Assembly: GCA_944328665.1 (NCBI GenBank)
Contig: CALVHS010000030.1
Location: forward strand, 12,951-76,950
Direction of reading: 5' to 3'
Length of the DNA stretch: 64,000 bases
DNA from: an uncultured Clostridia bacterium
Lineage (GTDB): Bacteria > Bacillota > Clostridia > Christensenellales > Borkfalkiaceae
The translations under genes were made by a program, and so were the position numbers. The notes under the pieces were generated by a model. The model was not told the DNA's origin. It worked only from the letters and a program-made list of their open reading frames with translations, and searched no databases. Position 1 is the stretch's first letter; each line of letters starts with the position of its first letter. Positions 7,597 through 15,561 of this stretch are shown here, one piece after another.

Positions 7597-7794
7597 ATGG
7601 ACAAACGTTTGAAACGGCTGTTTGATTTTCAGCGTTTTGCCGGCAACAGACGGCTTGCGGCGCTCATTGAGAGGGCCGAGTTTTCGCATGCCGAATCGCT
7701 TTCCGACGAGGATTTGGAAAAGGTCAGCGCGGCAGGGGATATCGATACGGCGCGCATCGGCAAGGAAGGCGAAGGGCAAAATGGCAACGAGTGA
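7597..7794 (+). CDS. Small hypothetical protein (65 aa) with a leader-like ..SLSDEDLEKVSAAG.. motif
   Basis: SD aagggg lies 6 nt before the ATG. The composition looks coding. The 3' end overlaps the next gene's ATG by 14 nt. Confidence 0.6.
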   Translation: MDKRLKRLFDFQRFAGNRRLAALIERAEFSHAESLSDEDLEKVSAAGDIDTARIGKEGEGQNGNE

Positions 7795-8275
7795 ACATAC
7801 AATGGAGCAGATCTATAGGGAATACAGCGGCAAAGTGCTGCGGTATGCGCGCTCCAAGATATCCAACCCGCAGGATGCGGAAGATATCTGTTCCGCCGTG
7901 TTTTTAAAGATACAGCGCGGCCTGCCCCTCTATGACAGCGCAAGGTCGTCGCTTTCGACATGGATCTATTCGATCGCGCACAATGCCGTCGTCGATTTTT
8001 ACAGAAGGGCGCATGCGGCGGAACTATTGGATGAAGAGATCGCCTGTACGGAGGACGGCTTCGAAGATATCTATCGCGACGAGATGCTGGAAGCGCTCGC
8101 CGCCGCGCTGGAACGCCTGCCGCCGCGTGAAAGTGACGTCATCATATTGCATTACTATACGGGGAAAACGCTGAAAGAGATCGCGGATTTAATGAAAATG
8201 TCCTATTCAAACATGAAATCTCTGCACAAAAAGGCGCTTTCGCGGCTGAAAAAATTGCTGCAATTTGCGATATGA
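7781..8275 (+). CDS. ECF-type sigma-70 family RNA polymerase sigma factor (164 aa)
   Basis: A region 2-like segment (DAEDICSAVFLKIQRGL..WIYSIAHNAVVDFYRR) and a region 4 HTH (LPPRESDVIILHYYTGKTLKEIADLMKMSYSNMKSLHKKALSRLK) are present. The start is taken at the internal ATG at 7781 (MATSEHTMEQIY), because the longer listed ORF is Arg-rich upstream. Confidence 0.85.
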   Translation: MATSEHTMEQIYREYSGKVLRYARSKISNPQDAEDICSAVFLKIQRGLPLYDSARSSLSTWIYSIAHNAVVDFYRRAHAAELLDEEIACTEDGFEDIYRDEMLEALAAALERLPPRESDVIILHYYTGKTLKEIADLMKMSYSNMKSLHKKALSRLKKLLQFAI

Positions 8276-8411
8276 CCGATGCGGCGCGCCTTAGCCGTCG
8301 ATGGCGCGTGGGCACTTTTGCCCGGCCGCGGACATTGGCGGTTTTTTTGTGCCCTCTTTTTTGAAGAAGGGCAAAGGGCCGGATGTGCCCGTCGTCCGTT
8401 TTTTTGTCCGC

Positions 8412-8440
8412 GTATAATAATTTTTGGATTGACCATACTT
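8412..8440 (+). promoter_or_regulatory. Forespore-type (sigma-F/G-like) promoter candidate for sigG
   Basis: The sequence is GTATA-N17-CATACTT, compared with the recalled sigma-G consensus GHATR-N17/18-CATnnTA. It lies ~40 nt upstream of the sigG start. Confidence 0.4.
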
Positions 8441-8477
8441 TTCCGTAACGGGCGCTTGCCCGTGCGGAGGTTTTCGG

Positions 8478-9257
8478 ATGTTGAGCAAAGTAGAGATCTG
8501 CGGTGTAGATACGGCAGGGTTGCCCCTCTTATCCGCAAAGGAAAGCGACGAATTGATGAGGAGGCTCAAGGAAGGGGATCAAGAAGCGCGCAAACGGTTT
8601 ATAGTGGGCAATATGCGGCTCGTTTTGTCTCTCGTCAAGCGTTTTTGGGCGAAAAATGCCAACGCCGACGACGTGTTTCAAGCGGGCTGCATCGGTCTTT
8701 TAAAGGCGATCGACGGGTTTGATCCCAACCTCGGCGTGCGGTTTTCCACGTACGGGGTGCCGATGATCTTAGGGGAGATCAAGCGCTATTTGCGGGACGG
8801 GAATTCGCTGCGGGTATCGAGGAGCATCCGCGACACGGCGTATAAAGTCCTAAAAGCGCGCGAAAGCATCGAAAGCCGCGACGAGGAGGCGACCATCGAA
8901 AAGATCGCCGCCGAGATGAACGTGCGCGAAAAAGAGGTGGTCTACGCCTTGGATGCGATCTCCGATCCTGTATCCCTTTTCGATCCTGTCTATAACAAAT
9001 CGGGGGACACTCTCCTCTTGATGGATCAGATCTACGACGAAAAGAACAACGACGAGGTGTGGACGGAACATGCCGCCTTGGCGGAGGCGATGGCGCGCCT
9101 CGGGGAAAGGGAGCGCAAGATCTTGTTTTTACGCTACTTTGAGGGCAAGACGCAGACGGAGATCTCCGGTGAAGTGGGCATTTCGCAGGCGCAGGTATCA
9201 CGCCTCGAAAAGAGCGCGATCGACACCATCCGCCGCGATATCGCCTATGAATTTTAA
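8478..9257 (+). CDS. sigG: Sporulation sigma factor SigG
   Basis: The protein has an N-terminal KVEICGVDT signature. GNMRLVLSLVKRF, FSTYGVPMILGEIKRYLRD and ISQAQVSRLEKSAI closely parallel B. subtilis SigG along its full length. Confidence 0.9.
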   Translation: MLSKVEICGVDTAGLPLLSAKESDELMRRLKEGDQEARKRFIVGNMRLVLSLVKRFWAKNANADDVFQAGCIGLLKAIDGFDPNLGVRFSTYGVPMILGEIKRYLRDGNSLRVSRSIRDTAYKVLKARESIESRDEEATIEKIAAEMNVREKEVVYALDAISDPVSLFDPVYNKSGDTLLLMDQIYDEKNNDEVWTEHAALAEAMARLGERERKILFLRYFEGKTQTEISGEVGISQAQVSRLEKSAIDTIRRDIAYEF

Positions 9258-9414
9258 CGGCAAAGGGTTAAAGCGGAGAAAGCCGCAGGGGAGCGTTCCC
9301 TTGCGGCAATTTTTTTGATCAAAAAAGCTGCGGTCATCGCAGGGGCGGCAAAGGCGCGGCCGTTTTAAGCATCGTGCGCAAGTTGACGGTCTGCTTTTCC
9401 GCGCTTTTTTGCCT

Positions 9415-9765
9415 TCAGGCAAAATATTTGCCGAGCATGCGTTCGATCTCTTCGTTGGCGATGCCGGCGACGGGCGCAAACGCATTTTTTTCTTCCGTTT
9501 TTGCGGCCTCCGTCTTTTCGGCGGCGGGCGCGGCGGCGGGTTCGGCGGCGGGCGGCGCAAGCGCCGCAGCGAGCGTGCGCAGCTTCGCCGCGGCCGATAA
9601 AAGTTCGGGCGGCGTCATGCCGAAGATACGCACGCTGCGGAATGGTTCGCTCTGCCAAAGGGCGTCCGCATCCCCGCTTTCCAGGCGGGCGAGGGCGTCG
9701 AGCAAAGTCTGCGGTTTGTTTGCGCCCATTGCTCTCAGCAGGGCGACGAGCAATAAGATCTCCAT
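9415..9765 (-). CDS. Hypothetical protein (116 aa) with an Ala/Pro-rich linker
   Basis: SD gggagg lies 5 nt before the ATG on the minus strand. The composition is non-shadow-like at both ends. Confidence 0.6.
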   Translation of the reverse strand: MEILLLVALLRAMGANKPQTLLDALARLESGDADALWQSEPFRSVRIFGMTPPELLSAAAKLRTLAAALAPPAAEPAAAPAAEKTEAAKTEEKNAFAPVAGIANEEIERMLGKYFA

Positions 9766-9842
9766 AAAAAGCCTCCCGTTTGGTTGTCGGTGCCGCGCCG
9801 CCGCGCATATAATGCTATTATGAAACGATCGCGGAGGTGACC

Positions 9843-10112
9843 ATGAAAGATTTCAATTCTTATCGGCAGGAAGAAAACAAAGAGGAAGAGAAGGACGTTT
9901 CCGATCTTGCCGAGCGGCTGACGGCGGCGTTTGCGGGCAAAGGGGAAGGGGACGTGCTGCGGGCGATCTACGCCGAGGCGGAAAAGAGCCGCAAGGCGGG
10001 CACCCTTACCGACGCGGAACTGGATCGATTTTACGCGGTGCTTTCTCCCATGCTCGGCGGCGCGCAGCGCAAAAAACTCGCGGCGGTACTTGCCCGCCTC
10101 AAAAAGATGTAG
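9843..10112 (+). CDS. Hypothetical protein (89 aa)
   Basis: SD ggagg lies 6 nt before the ATG at 9843. The sequence is charged and helical-looking. The 3' end overlaps the convergent desulfurase gene by 14 nt. Confidence 0.6.
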   Translation: MKDFNSYRQEENKEEEKDVSDLAERLTAAFAGKGEGDVLRAIYAEAEKSRKAGTLTDAELDRFYAVLSPMLGGAQRKKLAAVLARLKKM

Positions 10113-11250
10113 CTTGCCGTTCGATCTCTTCCGCCGCCCGTAAAAACGCGGCGCATTCTCTCGGGGTGTTGAAAGGGGAAAGGCTCGCGCGCACCAATCC
10201 GCCGTCGGCGGTGCCCAGTGCCCTGTGCATGCGCGGCGCGCAGTGCAGCCCGCCGCGCACGGCGATGCGGTAGCGGTCGGAGAGCGCTTGCGCAAACAAC
10301 TCCGATTGCAGCGCGCGGCTGCGGAAGGCGACGATGCCGCAGGGGTTGGGTGCGGAAAACACCTCGATCCCTTCGATGGCTGCAAGCCCATGGCAGAGCG
10401 TGCCGCTCATGCGCAGGATCTTTTCCTTGCTGCCGCGCATATGCGCCGTCAGCCAAAGCGCCCCTTCCGCGAGGGAGACGGCGGCGGGGTAATTGAGGGT
10501 GCCCGCTTCCAGTCGGTCGGGATAGAAGGCGGGCATATCGGGGTCGTCGCTTACGCTTCCCGTCCCGCCGTAAAGGAAGGGCGCGGGGGAAAACCGCTCG
10601 GAGAGGAGCAGCGCGCCGGAGCCGGCGATGCCGTGCAGCCCTTTGTGTCCCGCCATGCACAGCGCGTCGATGCCCGACTTTTTCATGTTGACGGGGATGT
10701 GCCCGCATGCCTGTGCGCCGTCGCAGAGCAGCAGGACTTTTTGCGGCAGGGCGGCGCGTACGGCGGCGGGATCGATCGCCGCGCCCGTCACGTTGGAGGA
10801 GAGGGTGAATACCGCCGCGGCGGTGTCTTCGCGTGCGGCGCGGGCGAAGGCAGCGGGCGGCACCGTGCCGTTTTCCAGCCCGAGCAGCGTCAGGCGTATC
10901 CTGCCCTTCCGCTCCAAAAAGAAGAGCGGGCGCAGCACGGAATTGTGTTCCATGACGGTGGAAATGACGTGCGGCGGCGTTCCGGCGGGCTGCGCGTCGG
11001 CAAAGCCGAAGATGGCGGCGTTGAGCGCTTCCGTACAATTTTTGGTGAAGATCACCCGTTCGTTTCCGTATCCTCCGAAAAATTCGTTCAGCAGGGTGCG
11101 GCAGCGCAATATGTTTTCCGCAAGGGCGACGGAGAGGGCGTGCCCGCTCCGCCCCGGATTGGCGTTGGCGGTGCGCACCGCCTCGCAGGCGGCGGAAAGG
11201 ACGGAAGGCGGTTTGCGGCCGCCCGTGGCGGCGTTGTCAAAATAGATCAT
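10099..11250 (-). CDS. Class V aminotransferase / cysteine desulfurase family protein
   Basis: The protein begins MIYFDNAATGG and contains TKNCTEALN and the HKGLHG PLP-lysine context, with a full-length class V fold pattern. Confidence 0.88.
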   Translation of the reverse strand: MIYFDNAATGGRKPPSVLSAACEAVRTANANPGRSGHALSVALAENILRCRTLLNEFFGGYGNERVIFTKNCTEALNAAIFGFADAQPAGTPPHVISTVMEHNSVLRPLFFLERKGRIRLTLLGLENGTVPPAAFARAAREDTAAAVFTLSSNVTGAAIDPAAVRAALPQKVLLLCDGAQACGHIPVNMKKSGIDALCMAGHKGLHGIAGSGALLLSERFSPAPFLYGGTGSVSDDPDMPAFYPDRLEAGTLNYPAAVSLAEGALWLTAHMRGSKEKILRMSGTLCHGLAAIEGIEVFSAPNPCGIVAFRSRALQSELFAQALSDRYRIAVRGGLHCAPRMHRALGTADGGLVRASLSPFNTPRECAAFLRAAEEIERQATSF

Positions 11251-11255
11251 GCTTT

Positions 11256-11263
11256 ATTGTATG
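11256..11263 (-). promoter_or_regulatory. CATACAAT element 5 nt upstream of the desulfurase ATG (-10-like; leaderless candidate)
   Basis: The minus strand reads gccgCATACAATaaagcATG and no SD is present. The geometry is identical to that upstream of yunB. Confidence 0.3.
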
Positions 11264-11315
11264 CGGCTGCGGCGCGCTTTATCGCGCCTTTTTCTGTCTG
11301 CAAAGGAGAAAATTT

Positions 11316-11573
11316 ATGCAATCTTATCTGGCGGTGTTCCGTTCCCGCACGCAGGCGCTCGACTGCGCCGCGCGGCTGCGGCAGGCGGGGGTGTCCGCTT
11401 CCGCCGTCGCCACGCCCAAAGAGGCGAAGGCGGGCTGCGGGCTTTCGGTCAAGATCGGCGCATTCGGCATGGCGCAGGCAAAACGCGTCGTGGCGGGAGG
11501 AAGGTATTCCTCGTTTGTCGGTTTTTTTTGTATGGAGACGGCGTGCGGGAGAGACCTGATCTATCCCGCTTGA
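11316..11573 (+). CDS. DUF3343-like small protein (putative Se/S carrier-like)
   Basis: SD aaaggag precedes the ATG. The AVFRSRTQAL.. opening and CG motif match what I recall for the DUF3343 family, which is often next to cysteine desulfurases. Confidence 0.7.
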   Translation: MQSYLAVFRSRTQALDCAARLRQAGVSASAVATPKEAKAGCGLSVKIGAFGMAQAKRVVAGGRYSSFVGFFCMETACGRDLIYPA

Positions 11574-11582
11574 CGGGAAAAA

Positions 11583-11608
11583 GCGCGCCGCCGCATGCGG
11601 CGGCGCGC
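11583..11608. terminator. Perfect 26-nt GC palindrome (hairpin) after the DUF3343 gene
   Basis: The sequence is gcgcgccgccgc-at-gcggcggcgcgc. It is flanked by an A-run on the 5' side, with no clear T-run on the 3' side. Confidence 0.4.
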
Positions 11609-11616
11609 GAAAACAA

Positions 11617-11645
11617 TTGAAATTGCGCGAGGAATGTGGTAAAAT
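11617..11645 (+). promoter_or_regulatory. Sigma-A-type promoter of nth (TTGAAA-N17-TAAAAT with TGn)
   Basis: The sequence is ttgaaa ttgcgcgaggaatgtgg taaaat. The -10 ends 6 nt before the nth ATG. Confidence 0.55.
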
Positions 11646-11651
11646 ATAGCT

Positions 11652-12287
11652 ATGGACAAGCAGGCACGGGAAAAAGCTTTGAAGATCTTATCCGAAGTCT
11701 ACGCGGGCGCGCGGCCCGCGCTGCACTATAAAACGGCGTACGAATTGCTCATCGCCGTCATTTTGTCCGCGCAATGCACGGACGAACGGGTCAATAAGGT
11801 CACGGCGGAGCTCTTTAAGGAACATACCACGCCCGAGGCGATGCTCACCCTCTCCCGGGAGGAATTGGAAAGATATATTTTTTCCTGCGGATTATATAAG
11901 AGCAAGGCGGCGCATATCCTTTCCGCCTCGCGCGACATCGTGGAAAAGTTCGGAGGCAGCGTGCCGGAAGGCTTCGCCGAATTGAAGTCGCTGGCAGGCG
12001 TGGGGCAAAAGACGGCGAACGTCGTCTCCTCCGTCTGGTTCGATAAGGACGCGATCGCGGTGGATACGCACGTGTTCCGCGTGAGCAACCGTCTGGGGCT
12101 GGCGCATGCCGATACTCCGTTGAAAACGGAAGAACAACTCAAAGAGGCGATCCCGCAAAAAAACTGGTCGGACGCCCATCATTGGCTCATCTGGCACGGC
12201 AGAAAGATCTGCCGCGCGCAAAAGCCGGACTGCGGCGTCTGCCCTTTGCGGGATTGCTGCGATCGTTACATAAAAGAGAGGGGGTGA
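11652..12287 (+). CDS. nth: Endonuclease III
   Basis: An HhH-GPD motif (LAGVGQKTANVV) and a C-terminal Fe-S loop (CRAQKPDCGVCPLRDCC) are present. Confidence 0.93.
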   Translation: MDKQAREKALKILSEVYAGARPALHYKTAYELLIAVILSAQCTDERVNKVTAELFKEHTTPEAMLTLSREELERYIFSCGLYKSKAAHILSASRDIVEKFGGSVPEGFAELKSLAGVGQKTANVVSSVWFDKDAIAVDTHVFRVSNRLGLAHADTPLKTEEQLKEAIPQKNWSDAHHWLIWHGRKICRAQKPDCGVCPLRDCCDRYIKERG

Positions 12288-12291
12288 ACGT

Positions 12292-13566
12292 ATGCCGTCG
12301 CTTTTTACGGATAAAGTCAAGATCACGGTCAAGTCGGGGAACGGCGGGGACGGCATGAATTCTTTCAAGAGCTTTAAAGGGTATGCCCTCGGCGGCCCCG
12401 ACGGCGGGGACGGCGGCAGGGGCGGCGACGTATATGTCGTCGGCGACAAGGACAAGGGCGATCTTGCCGATTTTCGGTTCGGCGCCAAGTTTACGGCGGG
12501 AGACGGCGAGCGGGGCGGCACCAACAACCGCTTCGGCAAAGGCGGAGAGGACGTCGTCATTTCCCTTCCTCTCGGTACCCTCGTGCGGGATGCGGAGACG
12601 GGCAAGATCCTGTGCGACGTGTATACGGACGGAGAAAAGAAGCGGATCGTCCGCGGCGGCAACGGCGGCAAGGGGAACGTGCGCTTTACGACGGCGCGCC
12701 GCCATGCCCCGCACTTTGCTCAAAAAGGGGAAAAGACGCAGGCGCATACCCTGATCCTTGAATTGAAAGTCATCGCGGACGTGGGGCTGATCGGTTTTCC
12801 CAATGTGGGCAAAAGCACGTTGTTGTCCAAGATCAGCGCGGCGCGGCCGAAGATCGCCAACTATCATTTTACCACCCTTTCTCCCAATTTGGGGGTGGTC
12901 AAATATTACGATAAGTCCTTCGTGGCGGCGGATATCCCGGGATTGATCGAGGGCGCGGCGGAAGGCGCGGGGCTCGGGCATGATTTTTTGCGCCATATCG
13001 AAAGGACGCGCATGCTCGTGCACGTCGTCGATATTTCCGGCATGGAAGGGAGAGACCCGTACGAAGATCTCAAAAAGATCAACAAGGAGCTGAAAGAGTA
13101 CAGCGAAAAGCTCGCGTCCCTGCCGCAGATCGTCGCCCTCAACAAATGCGACGTTTACGGCGCGGAAGAGAACATGCGGCTATTTAAAAAGAAGTGCCGT
13201 AAGTATAAGACGTATCCGATCACGGCGGTCACGGGCGAAGGCACGCGTGAGCTGATTGAAGGCATCTTTGCGGTCTTGGACACGCTGCCGCCCGCCGAGC
13301 CCGTCCCCTCGGACGAATTTGTCTATGAAAGGCCGGACGTGGACGAGTTTTTTGTCGAAAAGGACGAGCAGGATGCCGTTTGGTACGTCACGGGCGGGTT
13401 GGTGGATATACTCGAGCGCAATGTGGTGCTTTCCGATCCCGATTCGATGGCGTATTTCCAAAAGGTCTTAAAAGACAAAGGCGTGATCAAGGAGTTGAAG
13501 AGGCGGGGCGTCGCCGAAAACGACGTGGTCATCGTCGGCGGCGTGGAGTTTGAATTTAAAGAATAA
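12292..13566 (+). CDS. obg: GTPase Obg/CgtA
   Basis: The protein has a Gly-rich Obg fold N-domain (GNGGDG.., GGDGGRGG), G1 GFPNVGKSTL, and a C-terminal OCT-like domain. Confidence 0.95.
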   Translation: MPSLFTDKVKITVKSGNGGDGMNSFKSFKGYALGGPDGGDGGRGGDVYVVGDKDKGDLADFRFGAKFTAGDGERGGTNNRFGKGGEDVVISLPLGTLVRDAETGKILCDVYTDGEKKRIVRGGNGGKGNVRFTTARRHAPHFAQKGEKTQAHTLILELKVIADVGLIGFPNVGKSTLLSKISAARPKIANYHFTTLSPNLGVVKYYDKSFVAADIPGLIEGAAEGAGLGHDFLRHIERTRMLVHVVDISGMEGRDPYEDLKKINKELKEYSEKLASLPQIVALNKCDVYGAEENMRLFKKKCRKYKTYPITAVTGEGTRELIEGIFAVLDTLPPAEPVPSDEFVYERPDVDEFFVEKDEQDAVWYVTGGLVDILERNVVLSDPDSMAYFQKVLKDKGVIKELKRRGVAENDVVIVGGVEFEFKE

Positions 13567-13577
13567 GAGGAAGAGAC

Positions 13578-13871
13578 ATGTTGACGAGCAAACAGAGGAG
13601 CAATTTGAAGGGCATCGCGGCGAATTTGTCGCCCATCGCACAGCTCGGAAAGGGCGGCGTGAGCGATAATATGATACGTTCCCTTTCCGACGCGCTGGAA
13701 GCGCACGAACTGGTCAAGGTCAACGTTTTGACCAATGCGGAAGAGGACGCAAAGTCGCTCGGCGGGCAGCTCGCCGAAGCGCTCAAAGGGGAATGTGTGG
13801 CGGTGATCGGCAGAAAGATCATCCTGTACCGCCGCTCTTCCCGCAAAGACTTCGCGCACATCGCTTTTTAA
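13578..13871 (+). CDS. yhbY: YhbY-like CRM-domain RNA-binding protein
   Basis: LTSKQRSNLKGIAANLSPIAQLGKGGV.. is the typical YhbY opening. The 97-aa protein sits downstream of obg. Confidence 0.88.
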   Translation: MLTSKQRSNLKGIAANLSPIAQLGKGGVSDNMIRSLSDALEAHELVKVNVLTNAEEDAKSLGGQLAEALKGECVAVIGRKIILYRRSSRKDFAHIAF

Positions 13872-14013
13872 GGAGGCGAGCAAAAAAGGAGACGGGCTGC
13901 CTGCGCGAGGACGGGCTTGCCGAAAGATCGGCGGAGGGCTGTCCTGTCTGACGGCGGCGGGCTTCGCCGTTGCGGGCATCGCGCCGCGCTGAAAGAAGAT
14001 CGACTTTTCAAGG

Positions 14014-14050
14014 AAAAAACGGCTCTCCGCGGTCTGCGGGGAGCCGTTTT
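14014..14050. terminator. Bidirectional intrinsic terminator between yhbY and glyQS
   Basis: A 12-bp stem (acggctctccgc / gcggggagccgt) with a 5-nt loop is flanked by A6 and T4. Confidence 0.75.
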
Positions 14051-14063
14051 GGATCGGATCTTG

Positions 14064-15443
14064 TCAGATCTCCAATGATTTTTCGATATATGCCGACACT
14101 TCGTCGACGTCGAGGCGGATCTGCGCCATCGTGTCGCGGTCGCGGACGGTGACCGTGCCGTTTTCCAACGTATCAAAGTCGATGGTGACGCAATGCGGGG
14201 TGCCGATCTCGTCCTGGCGGCGGTAGCGCTTGCCGATCGAGCCGGCTTCGTCATAGGTGACCATAAACCGTTTGCTCAGTTTTTTGTATACCTCGCGCGC
14301 TTTTTCGCCCAAGTTCTTTTGCAGGGGCAGGACGGCGGCCTTGTATGCCGCCAAGGCGGGATGGAAGTGCATCACCGTGCGCACGTCGCCGCCTTCCAGT
14401 TCTTCTTCCTCGTACGCTTCGCACAGGGCGGCGAGCATCAGCCTGTCCGCGCCGATGGAATATTCGACGACGTAGGGGATGTAATGCTCGCCCGTGGCGG
14501 GGTCGAGATAATTCATGTTCTTGCCCGAATACTCCTGATGGCGGGAAAGGTCGTAGTCCGTGCGGTCGTGGATGCCGTTCAGTTCCGACCAACCCATGGG
14601 GAAGAGGTACTGGATGTCGCAGGCGGACTTGGCATAGTGCGCCAGTTTGTCGTGGTCTTTAAAGCGCAGGTGCTCTTCCCGGAAGCCGAGATCCAGCAAA
14701 AAGTTTTTCGCCTTCTGCTTGTATTCTTCGTAATACGCGAGGTCGGTGCCCTCTTTACAGAACCACTGGTGCTCCATCTGCTCGAATTCGATGGTGCGGA
14801 AGATGAAATTCCCGGGCGTGATCTCGTTGCGGAACGCCTTGCCGATCTGCGCGATGCCGAAGGGCACCTTGGCGCGGGTGGTGCGCTGCACGTTCAAAAA
14901 GTTGACAAATTCGCCTTGCGCCGTCTCCGGGCGGAGATAAATTTTGTTTTGGCTTTCGTCCGTCACCCCGCGCGAAGTCTCAAACATCAGGTTAAAGGTG
15001 CGGATGGGCGTCCAGTTGTGTTTGCCGCAGTTCGGGCAGGCGACTTTGTGTTCGGCGATGTACGCCTCCATCTCTTCGTTGGTCATCGTGTCGGGGTTGA
15101 CCTTGCCCTTGGAATGCGCCTCGATGAGGTTGTCCGCACGGAAACGCGCCTTGCACTCCTTGCAGTCCATCTTCGGGTCGGTGAAGGAAGCGGTGTGCCC
15201 GCTCGCTTCCCACACGCGCGAGTTCATCAGGATGGCGGCGTCCACGCCGTACGAGTTTTCGCTCTCCTGCACGAAGCGCTTCCACCACGCTCGCTTGATA
15301 TTGTTTTTGATCTCCACGCCCACGGGGCCGTAGTCCCAGGTATTGCCCATGCCGCCGTAGATCTCGCTCCCGGGGAAGATGATGCCCCGCGCTTTGCAGA
15401 GATTGACGATCTTATCCATTGTTACCGCTCTTTTGTCTGCCAT
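14064..15443 (-). CDS. glyQS: Glycine--tRNA ligase (single-chain GlyQS type)
   Basis: The full-length protein resembles class II GlyRS (IIFPGSEIYGGMGNTWDYGPVGVE.., anticodon-binding C-terminal domain). Confidence 0.95.
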   Translation of the reverse strand: MADKRAVTMDKIVNLCKARGIIFPGSEIYGGMGNTWDYGPVGVEIKNNIKRAWWKRFVQESENSYGVDAAILMNSRVWEASGHTASFTDPKMDCKECKARFRADNLIEAHSKGKVNPDTMTNEEMEAYIAEHKVACPNCGKHNWTPIRTFNLMFETSRGVTDESQNKIYLRPETAQGEFVNFLNVQRTTRAKVPFGIAQIGKAFRNEITPGNFIFRTIEFEQMEHQWFCKEGTDLAYYEEYKQKAKNFLLDLGFREEHLRFKDHDKLAHYAKSACDIQYLFPMGWSELNGIHDRTDYDLSRHQEYSGKNMNYLDPATGEHYIPYVVEYSIGADRLMLAALCEAYEEEELEGGDVRTVMHFHPALAAYKAAVLPLQKNLGEKAREVYKKLSKRFMVTYDEAGSIGKRYRRQDEIGTPHCVTIDFDTLENGTVTVRDRDTMAQIRLDVDEVSAYIEKSLEI

Positions 15444-15484
15444 ATCCGATACCTCAAAAAAAATCTGTCCGTTTGCACAATATC

Positions 15485-15512
15485 ATTTTACATTTTTAGC
15501 GGAAAAAGTCAA
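15485..15512 (-). promoter_or_regulatory. Sigma-A-type promoter of glyQS (TTGACT-N16-TAAAAT)
   Basis: The minus strand reads ttgact ttttccgctaaaaatg taaaat. This leaves a ~35-nt 5' UTR with SD gagg. Confidence 0.55.
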
Positions 15513-15561
15513 CGTTTTTCGCCCTCCCTTCACACATTCGGCAAAATTTCGTCCCCGGCGT

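Noticed and set aside
8279-8477. ORFs 8279-8722 and 8203-8538 in the spacer before sigG, and the hairpin gccctctt-ttttga-agaagggc.
   Set aside because: The ORFs are Arg/Gly/Pro-rich, lack SDs and overlap sigG. The hairpin has a mismatch and no U-run.
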